Of a DNA stretch of 64,000 nt, positions 1 through 9,326 are shown piece after piece. The number at the start of each line of letters is the position of its first letter. Within the stretch, counting starts at the first letter, position 1. The notes beneath the pieces were generated by a model. That model was not told where the DNA came from and did not search any database. It saw nothing but the letters and a program-made list of their open reading frames with translations. The DNA is taken from NCBI GenBank assembly GCA_016187415.1, contig JACPJT010000001.1, forward strand, positions 13,634-77,633, read 5' to 3'. The position numbers and the translations under genes were made by a program. This DNA is from Candidatus Aenigmatarchaeota archaeon (lineage in GTDB: Archaea > Aenigmatarchaeota > Aenigmatarchaeia > CG10238-14 > SCSR01).

Positions 1-41
1 GCTTCCGATACCGCTTGATACTGTCAAGTAATATGTCACAT

Positions 42-1838
42 CTACACCCTTATTGCAGGCACACCCGAGCCGCGTTGAAGGTACCTTAGAACAAACAAAT
101 ATCCTTGGTACATGGTTTCCAATTGGAACATTTCAGCCAGCCTGTCATCTACGGCGAATTCATACGGCCCTCTCGCCCTGAGTATGTCAAATTTTAATCC
201 GAATGTGTTGTCTAGGAATTTACCAAATTTAGTCCTCAGCTTGTCCATTTCGGCAAACATATTTTTCTGGTCGGATTTTTTTTCCTTGCCTTCATCTGGT
301 TTACCACCAAAAATTTCCGGATAGCGTTCTTTTGCAACTTCCGATATTTCCTTGAACACAGGAATACTGCCAGTCTCACTAACCAACCCCTGCTCGCCCA
401 GCAACTGACCAATGTAATTTTCCATTTGTTTTTCGCGCGCAATGAGTTCGAGTAAAGTTACAATGACCACATTTTGTGTCCTGTTTTGTACAGTCATGTT
501 TGTTATCATCAGGTTTTCCATTTCAGTGCCGTTAGGCAACTTTATGACCGCCCTTTCAAACGGCAGATCCAGAAATACGAAATACGGGCTGTACGTCCAA
601 GTCATACCAGGCGCCACAAATTCCCCTATTTTCGAGTAAGATTCACCGCCGCGAGTTTCCAAAGCCTTTCTGAGAAAGAGATTAGTCAGGCGTTTTCTTG
701 CGTCATAAATATCACCGGCGTTAAGCTTGACTTTGTAGTAGTTTTCTACTTTCGGCAGGTATCTTAGGACAATTTCGTCTATAGAAGGTTCCACAGGCAA
801 TGCAGGAACCAGCATATCGCGGTCGGATATCTTCTTCCCAGCCACGAGTTCTTCAATCTGGTCCCTTGTGAAGCCGGCTTTTCTAATCGGTATTTCGTCG
901 AGGTAATCGCGAGTAACTTTATACTTTTCTGCCGGCGCAAACGGTAAGATCGCCCAGATTCTGGTGTTGTCAATTGAAAATGCCTGCGACGCAGCCGGAA
1001 AGAAAGCTTTCAATGAGCCCGCCCTGCCGCCACCTCCTTCCAATGAATCGTTTATCATTTTGTACCTAGCTACGACCGGCTTTAGCATTTCCGAATACTT
1101 TTCTATCGATGTCTTTCTTGCTTCTGTTAACCTTAGGACATTTTGATATCTCTCTTTCAAAGTCGGTTTGAACAGGTTGTCCTTCCATTCAACAAAAAGT
1201 TTGTTTTTAGTCCCAAGAACAGCACCTTCAGCTTCAGATATTTCGTACCTTTCAGAAATCTTTTTCTGGTCGGTGTCCTTATCATCTAGGCGCATAAAAT
1301 CCACGATTATGGTGGGCCACCTTTGCGTAATTGACCTTATAGAAATGTCTCCTGTATGGGCGTCAACCTGGTCGATGAAAACCGAACGCAGCGTCTGCAG
1401 TCCTTCTTTCTGCAATTTCGCACCCTCTTCAGCTTCTTCCTTTTTCTTCGCTTTCAGCAGCTTCAGGCCCTTTTCAATCTTTGTATAATAATCCAGATAC
1501 TCTTGGTATTTTCTCAGGTCGTGTGAAACCAAATCATAATCGTGTATCGCAGTTGCGATTTGCGCAAGGCCGGATTTCATTTGCGCCTCCAAAGCTTCCT
1601 TTTGGTGTATGGTCAATTCCCAGTATTGCTTGAACATCGGAGAAACGTTTATGCTTTCATCCATCTTGAAAACAAAAAAGCCGTTTTTCCCAAGCTGGAA
1701 CATAAGCGAATAGTACAGGCCGCTCAGTGATCCCATGGGTCCTGTAAGGTCAAGATAAATCTCTGATTCAAACGGGTTGGCGTTTATTCCCATACCGGGA
1801 TCTGTGTCCAAAATGAACTCTTTCACGACATTAGACAT
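42..1838 (-). CDS. hypothetical protein (598 aa, helical/coiled-coil N-terminal half)
   Basis: Long ORF with host-like codon usage; no motif recognised. Confidence 0.8.
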   Translation of the reverse strand: MSNVVKEFILDTDPGMGINANPFESEIYLDLTGPMGSLSGLYYSLMFQLGKNGFFVFKMDESINVSPMFKQYWELTIHQKEALEAQMKSGLAQIATAIHDYDLVSHDLRKYQEYLDYYTKIEKGLKLLKAKKKEEAEEGAKLQKEGLQTLRSVFIDQVDAHTGDISIRSITQRWPTIIVDFMRLDDKDTDQKKISERYEISEAEGAVLGTKNKLFVEWKDNLFKPTLKERYQNVLRLTEARKTSIEKYSEMLKPVVARYKMINDSLEGGGGRAGSLKAFFPAASQAFSIDNTRIWAILPFAPAEKYKVTRDYLDEIPIRKAGFTRDQIEELVAGKKISDRDMLVPALPVEPSIDEIVLRYLPKVENYYKVKLNAGDIYDARKRLTNLFLRKALETRGGESYSKIGEFVAPGMTWTYSPYFVFLDLPFERAVIKLPNGTEMENLMITNMTVQNRTQNVVIVTLLELIAREKQMENYIGQLLGEQGLVSETGSIPVFKEISEVAKERYPEIFGGKPDEGKEKKSDQKNMFAEMDKLRTKFGKFLDNTFGLKFDILRARGPYEFAVDDRLAEMFQLETMYQGYLFVLRYLQRGSGVPAIRV

Positions 1839-1866
1839 TAAGTAATATTATGTATTTTTCTTTTCA

Positions 1867-2055
1867 TTAACTTTTAACCAGAAGGTATATTCCCACGCCT
1901 ATGATGGCAAGGCCGATTACTATTATCACGCTTGCAAATTCATCGGGCATATAGCCGCCCCTACCGGGCGTCGAGGTATTCATACCAGGCAGGGCGACAA
2001 CAAAAAAGAGACCTGTAAGGATAAGTATCCAGCCGAACAGCTTCTGAAGCACCAT
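1867..2055 (-). CDS. small two-TM membrane protein
   Basis: 62 aa, two hydrophobic helices; co-oriented with the 598-aa ORF. Confidence 0.7.
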   Translation of the reverse strand: MVLQKLFGWILILTGLFFVVALPGMNTSTPGRGGYMPDEFASVIIVIGLAIIGVGIYLLVKS

Positions 2056-2116
2056 AATACTAATTGGTTGTATATACTTTTTAGCCTTAGATTCCTATAT
2101 TTTATCAAGTGATAAT

Positions 2117-2644
2117 TTGCCAGTATTCGCAAGATCGAGAATCTTAATTCATGACTATTGCCTCATACCGCGACCAACGGCTACTCTTGAATACACTGGT
2201 CCCAATCCGCAGAGGGCGTATGAATACATACGCAAACTTTTCGGGTCGTTGTTCAACGTTTCGGAAAAGGAGATACAGGAAAGAGAGTTCAGATGGGAAA
2301 AGGTTGCTGACGGCGAGAGTTTCCATGTGAGATGGGAAGTAATAAAGGATTTGGATTCGCACACATTCCAGGACATAACGATTACAATTGACGGTCTGGC
2401 GAGGCCAAGCAAGGAATTCGGAAAAGAGGGCAACCTGAAGATTGCATTTGAGGGGAAGATAAGGACCGAGTATCCTCAAGATACGATTTGGCAGAGAAGC
2501 CTTCTTTACGAAATGTTCCGTACTTTCTATCACAAGGTAATTTACCAGAGCATACGCAAGACGTACATAGAGGAATGCCGTGCCTTGTTGTTGCAATTTA
2601 CCGACGAAATAAAATCATTTTTCAACATACTACCAAAGATGTGA
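2117..2644 (+). CDS. conserved hypothetical protein, paralog 1 of tandem pair
   Basis: Similar to next ORF (D.CL.P, G.NP.R.Y, E.EFRW, G.+.T..P..T..QRS.LY, R..YIEECR); TTG start after GTGA. Confidence 0.8.
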   Translation: MPVFARSRILIHDYCLIPRPTATLEYTGPNPQRAYEYIRKLFGSLFNVSEKEIQEREFRWEKVADGESFHVRWEVIKDLDSHTFQDITITIDGLARPSKEFGKEGNLKIAFEGKIRTEYPQDTIWQRSLLYEMFRTFYHKVIYQSIRKTYIEECRALLLQFTDEIKSFFNILPKM

Positions 2645-2648
2645 ACGA

Positions 2649-3164
2649 ATGCCAACATGGATATTGGAAGACGACTGTTTGACCCCTGAGAGAATAATAC
2701 GGATCGATTTCAAAGGGGTGAACCCATTCAGAGTTTATTACAGGATGTCGGAGTTCCTCAAATTCATATTCGATGTCCGTGGAAAGGACGTATATGAAAA
2801 AGAATTTAGATGGGACTTCACGTCCGATCCGCGTGATTTTCTATCAAGATTCATCGTGAAGAAGAAGTATGACGAGTGGACCAATGCATGGATTGAGGCC
2901 AAGCTGCAGGGAAAACAACCGGCAGACTCCAATAAAGACGGTGAGGTGACTATCCTATTGACAGGCAAGTTGCAAACAAAATCGCCTGAAAGGACCGTTA
3001 TGCAGAGGAGCACATTGTACAAATCCCTCAGATGGCTGTACTTCCGAACTCTTTATAATGACTTACGAAGAAATTATATAGAAGAATGCAGGATCAAAAT
3101 TAATGATCTAAAGAGGACTCTAGAAAAAACTTTGGGGATATCGCCAGAAGTTGTGTTGAAGTGA
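2649..3164 (+). CDS. conserved hypothetical protein, paralog 2 of tandem pair
   Basis: Shares motifs with 2117..2644. Confidence 0.8.
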   Translation: MPTWILEDDCLTPERIIRIDFKGVNPFRVYYRMSEFLKFIFDVRGKDVYEKEFRWDFTSDPRDFLSRFIVKKKYDEWTNAWIEAKLQGKQPADSNKDGEVTILLTGKLQTKSPERTVMQRSTLYKSLRWLYFRTLYNDLRRNYIEECRIKINDLKRTLEKTLGISPEVVLK

Positions 3165-3168
3165 TAAA

Positions 3169-3471
3169 ATGAGCATATGGAGCATCATAGGAAAAATAAT
3201 AACATTTCCGTTCAGATTGATTTTTCGGGAAAAGAAGCAGGAACCGCCTATGGAGGAAACATCACAAGCAGATACAACTAATACGCCATCGCCAGGTGCA
3301 ACATCGCCAGTTGTCGCGCCTAATCAGTCAGACAACACCGACTTGGAAACAAGGATTGATTTGATGCTTTCCCAATTCGACAATATCAAACTGGAATACG
3401 AAGCAATGAACCAGAGAGTGCAAAACATAGAAAGAATGGTAAAAGAACTTTACACGATGGCCAAAAGCTAA
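3169..3471 (+). CDS. small protein with low-complexity linker and C-terminal coiled coil
   Basis: Operonic spacing; heptad pattern LETRIDLMLSQFDNIKLEYEAMNQRVQNIE. Confidence 0.7.
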   Translation: MSIWSIIGKIITFPFRLIFREKKQEPPMEETSQADTTNTPSPGATSPVVAPNQSDNTDLETRIDLMLSQFDNIKLEYEAMNQRVQNIERMVKELYTMAKS

Positions 3472-3529
3472 CTTATTGAAACACCCACTGATATAACCCT
3501 TTAAAATTCTTTTCAGACAGATAATTGGT

Positions 3530-4678
3530 ATGGAAGTCGCTTTAGCAGGAAAGACAAACTCGGGCAAGTCAAGCTTCTTCAAAGCAGCCACCATGATAGA
3601 CGTGGAGATATCAAACAGGCCATTCGTTACAATCAAGCCGAACGAGGGAGTCGCGTATCTTACCACAGAATGCGTTGAAAAGGAATTTGGCATAAAGTGC
3701 AAACCCAAAACAGGATTTTGTAAAAACGGTACAAGATTCGTGCCCATCAAATTATGGGACATTGCGGGTCTTGTCCCAGGCGCCCATGAAGGAAGGGGTC
3801 TTGGTTTACAGTTTTTGGATGATATACGTCAGGCGTCTGTTTTGCTTCATATAGTGGATTTCTCAGGCATGACAGATTCTGAAGGGATGCCGACTGAAAA
3901 TCATAACCCTGAAGACGATATACAATTCGTAGAGAATGAAATCAATTTGTGGTTTGTAGATGTGATAAAAAGAAATCTGGAGAAAATCAAAAAATTACCA
4001 CCAGGCAAAGCCGAACTTATGGATGTGCTGCAACAGCAGTTAAGCGGGTTGGGCGTTACAAAAGAACAGATATCGCAAACACTGGATAAGTATGCTATAT
4101 CCGATGTAGAATCGTTTGCCAAAGGACTCAGACAGATATCCAAACCGATTCTTACAGTCGCCAATAAAATGGATTTGAAGAAATCGCAGGAAAATTTCGA
4201 AAAGTTGTCCCAGAAACACCCCAACATAGTCCCGGCAAGTGCAGAGTCAGAAATAGCATTGAAAAAAGCAGGCGAAAAGAAACTGATTAATTACACATCT
4301 GGTAATGGTTTTGAAATAGTCGGGGAGTTGGATGACATTAAACGGAATGCATTGGAGATGATCAAGAGAGAAGTGATCGACAAATACGGATCTACTGGCG
4401 TGCAGAATGTTTTGAATAAAGCAGTTTTCGAGATTCTGAATTATATTATTGTATATCCTGTTGCCGATGCAAGCAAACTTACTGACAAGGACGGCAACTA
4501 TTTGCCAGACGCTTTTCTTGTGCCAAACGGAACTACGATGAAGGAATTTGCATTCAGGGTTCACACCCAGCTTGGGGAAAAGTTCATCACGGGAATAGAT
4601 GCGCGGACAAAATTAAGGTTATCAGCCGATTACAAGTTGAAAAACAGGGATGTTGTTTCCATAGTTTTCGGCAAGTGA
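3530..4678 (+). CDS. ychF: Obg-family YchF-like GTPase/ATPase with TGS domain
   Basis: GKTNSGKSS, PFVTIKPN, DIAGLVPGAHEGRGLG, NKMD, C-terminal TGS. Confidence 0.92.
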   Translation: MEVALAGKTNSGKSSFFKAATMIDVEISNRPFVTIKPNEGVAYLTTECVEKEFGIKCKPKTGFCKNGTRFVPIKLWDIAGLVPGAHEGRGLGLQFLDDIRQASVLLHIVDFSGMTDSEGMPTENHNPEDDIQFVENEINLWFVDVIKRNLEKIKKLPPGKAELMDVLQQQLSGLGVTKEQISQTLDKYAISDVESFAKGLRQISKPILTVANKMDLKKSQENFEKLSQKHPNIVPASAESEIALKKAGEKKLINYTSGNGFEIVGELDDIKRNALEMIKREVIDKYGSTGVQNVLNKAVFEILNYIIVYPVADASKLTDKDGNYLPDAFLVPNGTTMKEFAFRVHTQLGEKFITGIDARTKLRLSADYKLKNRDVVSIVFGK

Positions 4679-4718
4679 CAAAATTAAAAGCTTATAAATT
4701 TTAGAAACGTATTTTCCT

Positions 4719-6309
4719 GTGTCCCATACTGCGACAAAAACACTAGCCGAGAAAGCGGTTGAGCACGAATCTTATTCTTCTATACCAGATGGCTACCAAT
4801 CCGGTAAAACAAAATACATAATCGTAACAGGGAGTGTGATGTCCGGCGTTGGCAAAGGCACATTCTCCGGAGCATTGGCTTCGTTGTTGAGTTGTCATGG
4901 ATTCAAAGTGTCTCCCGTTAAATTCGATGGCTATATCAATTATGATGCTGGTACGTTGAATCCGTTTAGACATGGAGAAGTTTTTGTTTTGGGAGACGGT
5001 ACAGAGTGCGATTTAGATTTGGGTTCGTATGAAAGAGCGCTTCATAGAAACCTGACAAAAGACAATTACTTGACTGGGGGGAAGATCTTCAAAATCATCA
5101 TTGACAAAGAACGTGCAGGCAAATATCTGGGAAGAGACGTCCAGTTCATCCCGCATGTAACGGGCGAAATAAAGAATTTCTTACGCGAGCTTGCAACGAA
5201 GACAAGTGCCGATATAGTCTTGGTTGAAGTTGGCGGCACGGTCGGTGACTTGGAAAATTCTTATTTTGTAGAGGCTATGCGCGAGCTCAGATATGAAGAA
5301 GGCAGAGAAAACGTCATGTTTGTCAATGTGACTTACATAATTGAGCCGAATTCATTAAATGAATACAAAAGCAAAGCGGCTCAAATCGGAATAAGGCAGC
5401 TTATGGCATTGGGTGTACAGCCCGATATGATAATATGCAGATCGCAGACATCTGTTCCAAATTCGATAAAAGAAAAAATTAGCGTGTTCGGCGACGTCCC
5501 AATTGAGCGGGTGTACAATCTCCACGATTTTTCCAACATATATGAGATACCATTGATTCTTCGCGATGTCGGCCTCGACAAGGAGATATTCAAAATTCTA
5601 GGCGTATCTCCAAAAGAAAATAGCGACAAGATACTCAATTTTAAAAATTGGGAAAGTTTCGTGGAAAAAATAAAAGGTGCAAAGAAAGAGGTCGTAGTTG
5701 GAATAGCTGGCAAGTACACAAATGTCCACGACGCTTACTTGAGCATATTAAAGGCGCTGGAGCATGCTGCACCATATTTCGGTGCTAAAGTAAAAATAAA
5801 ATGGATCGAGGCGACAGACATAGAAGACGGGAAGATTTCTGCAGAAGAGGCTTTGAAAAATGTGGATGGCGTTATTGTTCCCGGTGGTTTTGGGAAAAGA
5901 GGAATTGAAGGCAAAATAAAAACCATTGAATATGTGCGGAAAAACAACATCCCTTATCTCGGTTTATGCTATGGAATGCAACTTGCTGTAGTCGAATTCG
6001 CCAGAAATGTATGCGGTTTGAATGGTGCCCACACGACAGAAGTGAATCCCGATACGGAGTGCCCGGTCATAGACATAATTCCGGAGCAGAAAGGTAAACT
6101 GAGTGAACCCAGAATTCCATAAAATACTGGAAGAGAAGGGATTGAGCTTGTCTGGAATCTATCCGGATAGGAATTTGGTGGAATTCATAGAAATACCTAA
6201 AAACAGATTCTTTGTCGCAACCCAGGCCCACGGCGAATTTACATCCAGACCATTGACACCCAGCCCGTTGTTTATGGGATTTGTTCAGGCGTGCTTAACA
6301 AGAAAATAA
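4719..6309 (+). pseudogene. pyrG: CTP synthase, split (4719..6122 + 6103..6309) by an internal deletion/frameshift
   Basis: TGSVMSGVGKG, HGEVFV, VPGGFG, GLCYGMQ; the expected GGTMRLG...ERHRHRYE segment is missing at ~6100 and the C-terminus (VNPEF...ATQAHGEF) continues in another frame; may be an assembly artefact. Confidence 0.85.
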
Positions 6310-6345
6310 TTCCGAACATTATATTTTAATAACCGAAATAATATC

Positions 6346-6465
6346 ATGGTGCAACTAAAGGAAAGATTCCGCAAGGTAAGGCAGGGTCTGAGAAAATTCA
6401 GGGCGGTTTGGGAGAAAGTAAATATCTCTAAATATTGGAAACGCTATAAGACAAAGCGGTTATAA
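6346..6465 (+). CDS. putative small basic peptide (39 aa)
   Basis: MVQLKERFRKVRQGLRKFRAVWEKVNISKYWKRYKTKRL; ATG after AT-rich promoter-like stretch; below ORF-track cutoff. Confidence 0.35.
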   Translation: MVQLKERFRKVRQGLRKFRAVWEKVNISKYWKRYKTKRL

Positions 6466-6571
6466 GATTCATACTAATCCCTATTAGCCGGCTCTTTATT
6501 TTCAGTAGTTAGAAATATGTTTTGAATACTATTATTTTATATTCCCGAACCATTATTATATTGGGAAAAGC

Positions 6572-7903
6572 TTGTACTCTCAAGATATTGAGTCGTTGCT
6601 CAACGCCAAGAAGATTAAGATTGGAGATAAAATTTTAGTAACTAAGGTCAATGACGAGTATGCAGGTATACTAATGCCCAGAATCAAGCTCGGCGATATT
6701 TCTTCAATCGTAATAAAGCTCTCAAACGGCTACAACATAGGCATAAAATATGACAAAGATGTGAAAATAAGGCGACTAGAGTCAGGTAAACCAATAAGAT
6801 TCAAACCAGCCGAAACAGTTCCAAGAAAAGACCCCGAAAAACCTACTGTATCGATATTGGGTTGCGGCGGAACTATAGCTTCTAGGGTAGAATACACTAC
6901 AGGAGCGGTATTTCCGGCATTCTCGCCTGCAGACCTGTTATTATCCTTCCCTGAATTGGGGGATATAGCCAATATTAAGGCTAGAAAGTTATTTGACCTT
7001 TTTTCAGAGGATATTACAGCTGAGCATTGGAAAATAATCGCTAACGAGATAATTAAAGAAATACAATCTGGTGTTGATGGTGTTGTTCTTATGCATGGTA
7101 CAGACACTATGCACTATACCGCAGCAGCTTTGAGCTTCATGCTAAGAGATTTACCAGTTCCTGTGATTTTGGTAGGCGCGCAGAGAAGTAGTGATCGTGG
7201 TAGTAGCGATAATCTTGTTAATCTGGTATCAGCTGTAGTCGCAGCAGCACAATCGAGTGTTGCAGAGGTTACCGTATGCATGCATGGAAGTATGAACGAT
7301 GATTTCTGTTATCTGCACCAAGCAACCAAGGTGAGGAAACTTCACACATCCAGAAGAGATGCATTTCAAAGCGTGAACGTAAAGCCTTATGCAAAAATTT
7401 TCTATCCTGACAAAAAAATTGAATATCTGCGAAATGATTACAAACTAAGAGAAAAGAGAACGGTAAAAATCGATGACAAATTGAATACTAATGTAGCACT
7501 AGTTTACACGTATCCTGGAATAAAACCAGAGTTCATACAATCTTTAAGAAATTTTGATGGTGTTGTTATTGCAGGTACAGGACTAGGACACGTTCCTACA
7601 AATCCAACAGGAGACAAATTCACACAAAGTCTGTTGCCAGCATTAAGAAATTTGATTCATTCTAATATCCCCGTTGTAATAGCGCCTCAGACGATATACG
7701 GCAGGTTGGATTTGAATATCTATGAAGCTGGACGCATGCTGAATGAAATTGGTGTGATTGGTGATGGTTGTGACTGGCTCCCCGAAGTTGCTCTCGTGAA
7801 ACTAATGTTTGTATTAGGAAAGACCAAAGATATGGATAAAGTCAGGGAAATGATGTTGACGAACTATGCAGGCGAGATAAGCGAGAGAACTGAAATAAGT
7901 TGA
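6572..7903 (+). CDS. gatD: Glu-tRNA(Gln) amidotransferase subunit D
   Basis: IKLSNGYNIG, GGTIASRV, HGTDTMHY, AQRSSDRGSSD, HTSRRDAF. Confidence 0.96.
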   Translation: MYSQDIESLLNAKKIKIGDKILVTKVNDEYAGILMPRIKLGDISSIVIKLSNGYNIGIKYDKDVKIRRLESGKPIRFKPAETVPRKDPEKPTVSILGCGGTIASRVEYTTGAVFPAFSPADLLLSFPELGDIANIKARKLFDLFSEDITAEHWKIIANEIIKEIQSGVDGVVLMHGTDTMHYTAAALSFMLRDLPVPVILVGAQRSSDRGSSDNLVNLVSAVVAAAQSSVAEVTVCMHGSMNDDFCYLHQATKVRKLHTSRRDAFQSVNVKPYAKIFYPDKKIEYLRNDYKLREKRTVKIDDKLNTNVALVYTYPGIKPEFIQSLRNFDGVVIAGTGLGHVPTNPTGDKFTQSLLPALRNLIHSNIPVVIAPQTIYGRLDLNIYEAGRMLNEIGVIGDGCDWLPEVALVKLMFVLGKTKDMDKVREMMLTNYAGEISERTEIS

Positions 7904-7907
7904 TATT

Positions 7908-9326
7908 ATGGAAGCTAAAATTGGGATTACAGACGGGAAACAGGCTTGGTTAAACCATTCTAATCAAAACCAAGTTTATTTTGCTTCCTTTAAAAAACAT
8001 GTGGGAAATGACCTCCTCCGAAAAGAGGATATGCTATTATTGGTAAATTACATGAGAAAGGTGATGTTAGATGGACAATCTAAATTTAAAGCAGAGCTAA
8101 CGCCAGAAGTTATTAGAAGACTCTATTGGGAAGATAAGAAATCGTTGCCAGAGATAGGAAAACTCTACAGAATTGACAGCGGTAGCTTGTATCGATGGAT
8201 GAAACAACATGGAATACACACTAGGAGTAAATTAGTTGCTGCTCAGCTACATAAAAAATTAACAATTCGCCCAGATAAGTTATATGAGTTATATTGGAAA
8301 AAGTCAATGACGACAAGTGAAATAGGAAAATTATATGACGTATCAGGTGCAGCCGTTCAGCATTTAATGCTTAAGCACAAAATACCTACACGAACTCCTT
8401 TACAAATTGGCTCGTCTAAAACAAAATCCCCATCTTACAAAATACTCCATCATTTGTACATAGTTGAACGAAAATCGACCATAAAAATAGGAAAACAATT
8501 AGGTGTTGCACAAGCCTCTGTACGTAAATGGCTGAAGAAATATAAAATATCTGTTAGAAGTCGCTCTGAAGCGTGCAGAGAATACACGAGAACATCCTTT
8601 TCAGGAGATAAAACTGAGAAATCTTATATGCTTGGATTTTGCGTTGGTGACGCATACGTTTCTAAACGTTACCAGAGTATAGATATACATACAACAACTA
8701 CACATCCAGCGATGATCAAACTTTTTCATACAACATTTTCAGGATACGGTCACCCTTCGAAGTATGCTAGAAGCGGTACTCTACAATATGAATGGGCACT
8801 TCGATGCAGTTTAGATCAATCATTTTCATTTCTTTTAGAAAAATACAAAAGATTGATACCAGATTGGGTTCTTGAAGACGATACTACTTTTTATTCATTC
8901 TTAGCAGGCTATGCGGATGCTGAAGGTTGCTGGATGGTAATTAAATCGCATAAGGACGGCATAGGAGCTTTATTCGAAATTCGGAGTAGAGATGTAAAAG
9001 TTTTAGAAACAATCAAAGCGGAATTAGAAAAGTACGACTATCATCCTACTTTTGGTTTATGCAGTGGGTCGCTACATTTTGTACGTTTGTCTAGAGCCAG
9101 TGAAATTAGAGAACTTGCTAAAAAATTACTCTCATTTTCTAAACATGACGAGAAAATAGAAAAAATGCAGTTCATTCTTGATATCGAAAAAGAGAAAAGT
9201 TGGTCTGAAATTAGACCTAAATTACTAGAATTAAAAGACAAAATTAGGAGTCAAGTTCTTGGGTGTGTACTGAAAGCTGAAGGCTTGTATAAAGAGAAAC
9301 AAAGAATGGAGGTGATGCAACTTTGA
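7908..9326 (+). CDS. free-standing double-motif LAGLIDADG homing endonuclease with three N-terminal HTH repeats (true start possibly 8031)
   Basis: Repeats LY...K.S..EIGK.Y/LG......W/L...H/Y.I..R; motifs YMLGFCVGDA and FLAGYADAEG; AT-rich; GAGG SD before ATG 8031. Confidence 0.85.
   Translation: MEAKIGITDGKQAWLNHSNQNQVYFASFKKHVGNDLLRKEDMLLLVNYMRKVMLDGQSKFKAELTPEVIRRLYWEDKKSLPEIGKLYRIDSGSLYRWMKQHGIHTRSKLVAAQLHKKLTIRPDKLYELYWKKSMTTSEIGKLYDVSGAAVQHLMLKHKIPTRTPLQIGSSKTKSPSYKILHHLYIVERKSTIKIGKQLGVAQASVRKWLKKYKISVRSRSEACREYTRTSFSGDKTEKSYMLGFCVGDAYVSKRYQSIDIHTTTTHPAMIKLFHTTFSGYGHPSKYARSGTLQYEWALRCSLDQSFSFLLEKYKRLIPDWVLEDDTTFYSFLAGYADAEGCWMVIKSHKDGIGALFEIRSRDVKVLETIKAELEKYDYHPTFGLCSGSLHFVRLSRASEIRELAKKLLSFSKHDEKIEKMQFILDIEKEKSWSEIRPKLLELKDKIRSQVLGCVLKAEGLYKEKQRMEVMQL

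Noticed and set aside
7908-9326. Intein or large intron encoding the endonuclease inside gatD/gatE
   Set aside because: gatD ends with its own stop, gatE has its own SD and start after the ORF, and there are no intein C/S...HN termini.
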